Positions 39,471 to 42,649 of a stretch of DNA of 42,649 nucleotides are shown in pieces (position 1 is the stretch's first letter; the number at the start of each line of letters is the position of its first letter). The position numbers were made by a program, and so were the translations under genes. The notes below the pieces were generated by a model that made no database searches, was not told the DNA's origin, and saw only the letters and a program-made list of their open reading frames with translations. Source of the stretch: Macrostomum lignano (lineage: Eukaryota). Location: positions 1-42,649 of the forward strand of contig NIVC01004543.1 of assembly GCA_002269645.1 (NCBI GenBank), read 5' to 3'.

Positions 39471-39664
39471 CCCCCAGATAGCAAGCATCCCCCAGATAGC
39501 AAGGATCCCCCAGATAGCAAGCATTTCCCAATAGCAGATAACCCAGTAGCAAGCATCCCTTAGATAGCAAGCATCCCTCAGATAGCAAGCATCCCTCAGA
39601 TAGCAAGCATCCCCCTAATAGCAAGTATCCATCCTTAAATAGCAAGCATCCACCAGAGAACAAG
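39471..39664. repeat. 18-bp minisatellite, cluster 3
   Basis: About 10 units of CCC(C/T)CAGATAGCAAGCAT. Confidence 0.9.
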
Positions 39665-39709
39665 TAGCTAGTGCAACAATTTCCTTAGCTTTATAGTGGC
39701 TCCATTTTG

Positions 39710-40357
39710 TTTGGCATGACACTTCTTTTTATGTTTGAAACGGTGGCTCTTCTATTTTTGACATAGTAGCTCTTTAATGTTGACATGGTGGCTCTTCTAT
39801 GTTTGACATGGTGTCTCTTTTATGTTTGACATGGTGGCTCCCCTTTGTGTGACATGGTGTCACTTTTATGTGTTTAACATTTGACATGAAGTCACCTATA
39901 TGTGTGACATGTTGGCTGTTTAATGTTTGACATGGAGTCATGTATATGTTTGACATGGTGGCTCTTTAATGCTCGACATGGTGGCTCTTAAATGGTTGAC
40001 ATGGTGGCTCTTTTATGTCTTACTTGGTAGCATTTTTATGTTTGAAATGGTGGCTCTTTAATGTTTGACATAGTGGCTTTTAAATGGTTGAAATGGTGGC
40101 TCTTTTATTTTTGACATGGTGGCTCTTTTATGTCTTACTTGGTAGCATTTTTATGTTTGAAATGGTGGCTCTTTTATGTTTGACATGGTGCCTCTTTTCT
40201 GTTTAATGTTTAATGTTTGACATGGTGGCTCTGTAATGTTTGACATAGAGTTATGTATATGTTTAACATGGTGGCTCTTATGTTTGACATGGTGGTTCTT
40301 TTATGTTTGACATGGTGGCTCCTTAATGTTTGACATGGAGTCACGTATATGTTTGAA
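39710..40357. repeat. About 23-bp degenerate minisatellite (TTTGACATGGTGGCTCTTTTATG), roughly 25-28 copies
   Basis: The core TGACATGGTGGCTCT recurs throughout the interval. Confidence 0.9.
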
Positions 40358-40364
40358 CTAAATA

Positions 40365-42649
40365 TAGTAGTAGTAGTAGTAAGTTTGGCTCAGGCAAGAA
40401 GCCTGTTTGGCCAGTATAAGACAGTATATTTAATAATCCAATAGGAGATATTTATGTATTATAAGTACATGATGCGGTCAAGGTTTTGCAATAATATAGT
40501 ATTTGAAAGAGTGCTTAAATTTTTTTTTATAAGAAATTTCAAACGATCTTTAAAACGATTAATGATTTACGACTTCCCAATTCATTTAATCCCATAGGTG
40601 ATAAAAATAGGTGTATATGTATTAATTAGGCAATAAAAGATGAAAGAAAGAAATAACCACAAATAGAGCGCTTATTAAAATAAAGCGCGATTAGAAAAAA
40701 TAAATTTGGTATATACAAATAAATGCGTAGAACGGGATAAATTTCACCGGTATTGTTTAAAAGAGGAGGAGCAGGGACTAAAATGCAGGGAGATACATAG
40801 TAGCAGGAGGGATCGAATAATAATAGTGAGCCTCAAGGTAACCAAGGATTCTATTGATGGAAGACGGGCAGCAACAGCGTGGTACATGGTGTTTCTGCAT
40901 ACATATTATTAGACATATTATTTTCATGTCGATTGTGGAGGAAGATTTGCTATGAGTTTATAGATCTTCTCAATAGCTAGCAAATCTTTTTTATTTTTGT
41001 TTTCATTTGTAGCATATCCTAAGCTGTAAAAATGCCTTATGCTCAGATGACTTTGTTTAAGGTATTTTTTCCTGGTATCTAGTATGCCGACACATTCAGT
41101 TGTATAGTGTAAGATATTATTTCCTGAATCTCTGCCACAAAGTTTGCATTTTTCTTGGGTGTATTTGTTTGGTAAGAACTCAGTTTTAAGCTTAAGCAGA
41201 ATTTCTAGATATTTTTTATTTCTAAAAATACTGGGGAAGTAGTTTCTTAAGTTAGGCTTGAAAATATTCTTATAGATGAAGCAATTTTTGTAATGCATGA
41301 CTTTCGTGTGGTTTTCTATTTTTTTGAAGAGTTCACGCTCCCAGGAGATGAGTAGTTATGTGGTCATTGTTGTTTTATCTTTGTTGTAGCTGTCACCAGG
41401 TTCCGATGTTTGTAAATTAAGCAGGTGAGATAAACCAAGGTTTTGTAGTTTTTTAGTGATGTTCGTTTTCCAGGGGTTGTTTGGGCAGTTGTTTGATTCG
41501 AAAATGTCTATAGTGGTACTACTCAGTTTTTTATGTTTAATTTTGAGCCAGTATGTAAGAAAAAAGTTCGAGATAGTAAGTGAGATAGGTGTTAAATTAA
41601 GTTCTGCATATAAAACAGAGTTGCAGGTACTTTTAGGTAGGTTAAGGAGGTATTTGTAGAAATTTGTTTGGATTTTGTCGATGTTCTTGAGTTCAGTACA
41701 GGTCGCTAGAGGTCCCCAGATTTCACAACCATACGTTATAACTGGTGTGACCAAAGAATTGAATAGTCTACTGATAAGCATGATATCCAGCGTGGTGCCT
41801 TTTACTTTGTGCAGCAGTGAAAACATGGCGGAGTTACCTTGTTTCATCTGATAAGCAACGCATTTTTTAAAACTATTATTGGGTTCAAAGATGATTCCCA
41901 GGTATTTAAATTCATTTACTTCTTCAATCTGTTGCATTTCGTAGAGAATTTCAGTATCATTTTGCATTTGCTTGTTTTTACCCTTGCAGGCTTTTATGTA
42001 TTTTGTTTTGCTGGCGTTTATTTTGAGGTAGTTCTGTCTACAGTAGGTTTCCATTGTGCGGAACATGTGTTGGAGATCAGTTTTGTTTTTGCTTAGTATG
42101 GCTTGATCATCTGCGAGAGTAGTATATGTGGATAGGGGGGAGCGACGAAAAAATTTCGATAAGTAGAGGTTTCAAGGTATGATATAGATCTCAAAGAGAA
42201 TGGTAGATAGTGGGTTACCTTGAAGTAACACCTTTGTTGATTGGGATGGGCTCAGATAAGTCGCCATTTTTTTGCAGGAGGAAGCATGCATTTTCATGCA
42301 TGTTCTCGATTAGGTTCATCATCTTTCCTTTGATACCTTGGTTGGCTGTTTTGTACCAGAGTGTTGGTTGGTTAATACTATCAAATGCTTTTTCATAGTC
42401 AATGAAGCCGATAAAAAGGGTCTCCTTTTCACCCCAGGTTTTATTAATAATGTTGTATAGATTAAAGCACTGGTCAATTGTGTTGTGATTCTGTTTGAAG
42501 CATACTGGTATTTAGAAATGAGGTTGTTCAAATGGGCGAGGTTTTCAAGGCGCGTTTTGATGAGCGAGCAGAGAAGTTTACCTAGAATGGGTTGAACGCA
42601 GATGCCTCTGTAGTTGTTTGGGTCAGAGGGACAACCTTTGTTTTTGTAA
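40365..42649 (-). mobile_element. Decayed non-LTR retrotransposon (RTE-X/CR1-like): RT domain, C-terminal CCHC finger, 3'UTR and (TAC)n tail; runs off the window end
   Basis: Minus-strand YKNKG.PSDPNNYRGI, FIDYEKAFDSI, KGV.LQG.PLS..LF.IYI, LADD, LKINASKTK, FKYLGIIF, YGCEIWG and KCKLCG...LHYTTEC...R.KYL are split by several frameshifts and stops. (TAG)5 lies at 40365-40380 on the plus strand. The clade assignment is tentative. Confidence 0.88.

Noticed and set aside
32741-39663. Hydrophobic Leu/Gly/Cys ORFs (GGCLLS repeats) suggesting membrane proteins
   Set aside because: They are translations of the 18-bp minisatellite.

Overview
Eukaryotic (animal) genomic DNA; no prokaryotic genes, rRNA, tRNA or CRISPR array can be supported. 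The TTAGGG telomere repeat, GT-AG introns and GC-rich Ala/Gln-rich exons are reminiscent of a free-living flatworm such as Macrostomum, but that taxon guess is weak inference. Positions 1-5100 are a nested transposon stack. A LINE fragment is joined through (TTAGGG)3 to a decayed Ty3/Gypsy gag, and that region holds a solo LTR (5-bp TSD). The solo LTR holds a two-gene PIF/Harbinger element with perfect 28-bp TIRs, whose transposase is split by a second solo LTR (5-bp TSD). Positions 6280-29289 hold four co-oriented minus-strand genes whose exons I could chain with consistent splice phases: an RBM24/RBM38-type RRM protein, LARP1 (La motif, PAM2, DM15), a SAXO/STOP-type axonemal microtubule protein with two RFX X-boxes, and a divergent Wee1-family kinase whose catalytic loop reads HLDCSTSN. 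Three of these genes carry intronic tandem arrays with splice-site-like motifs; in LARP1, about 12 repeated acceptors are all in frame with the last exon. From about 29330 to the end the sequence is AT-rich and gene-free. It holds a Merlin-like MITE, a decayed IS630/Tc1-like element with long hairpin-tipped TIRs, an unclassified TIR element, two minisatellite families and a decayed RTE-X/CR1-like LINE that runs off the window. All exon models and family calls were made by eye, without database searches.
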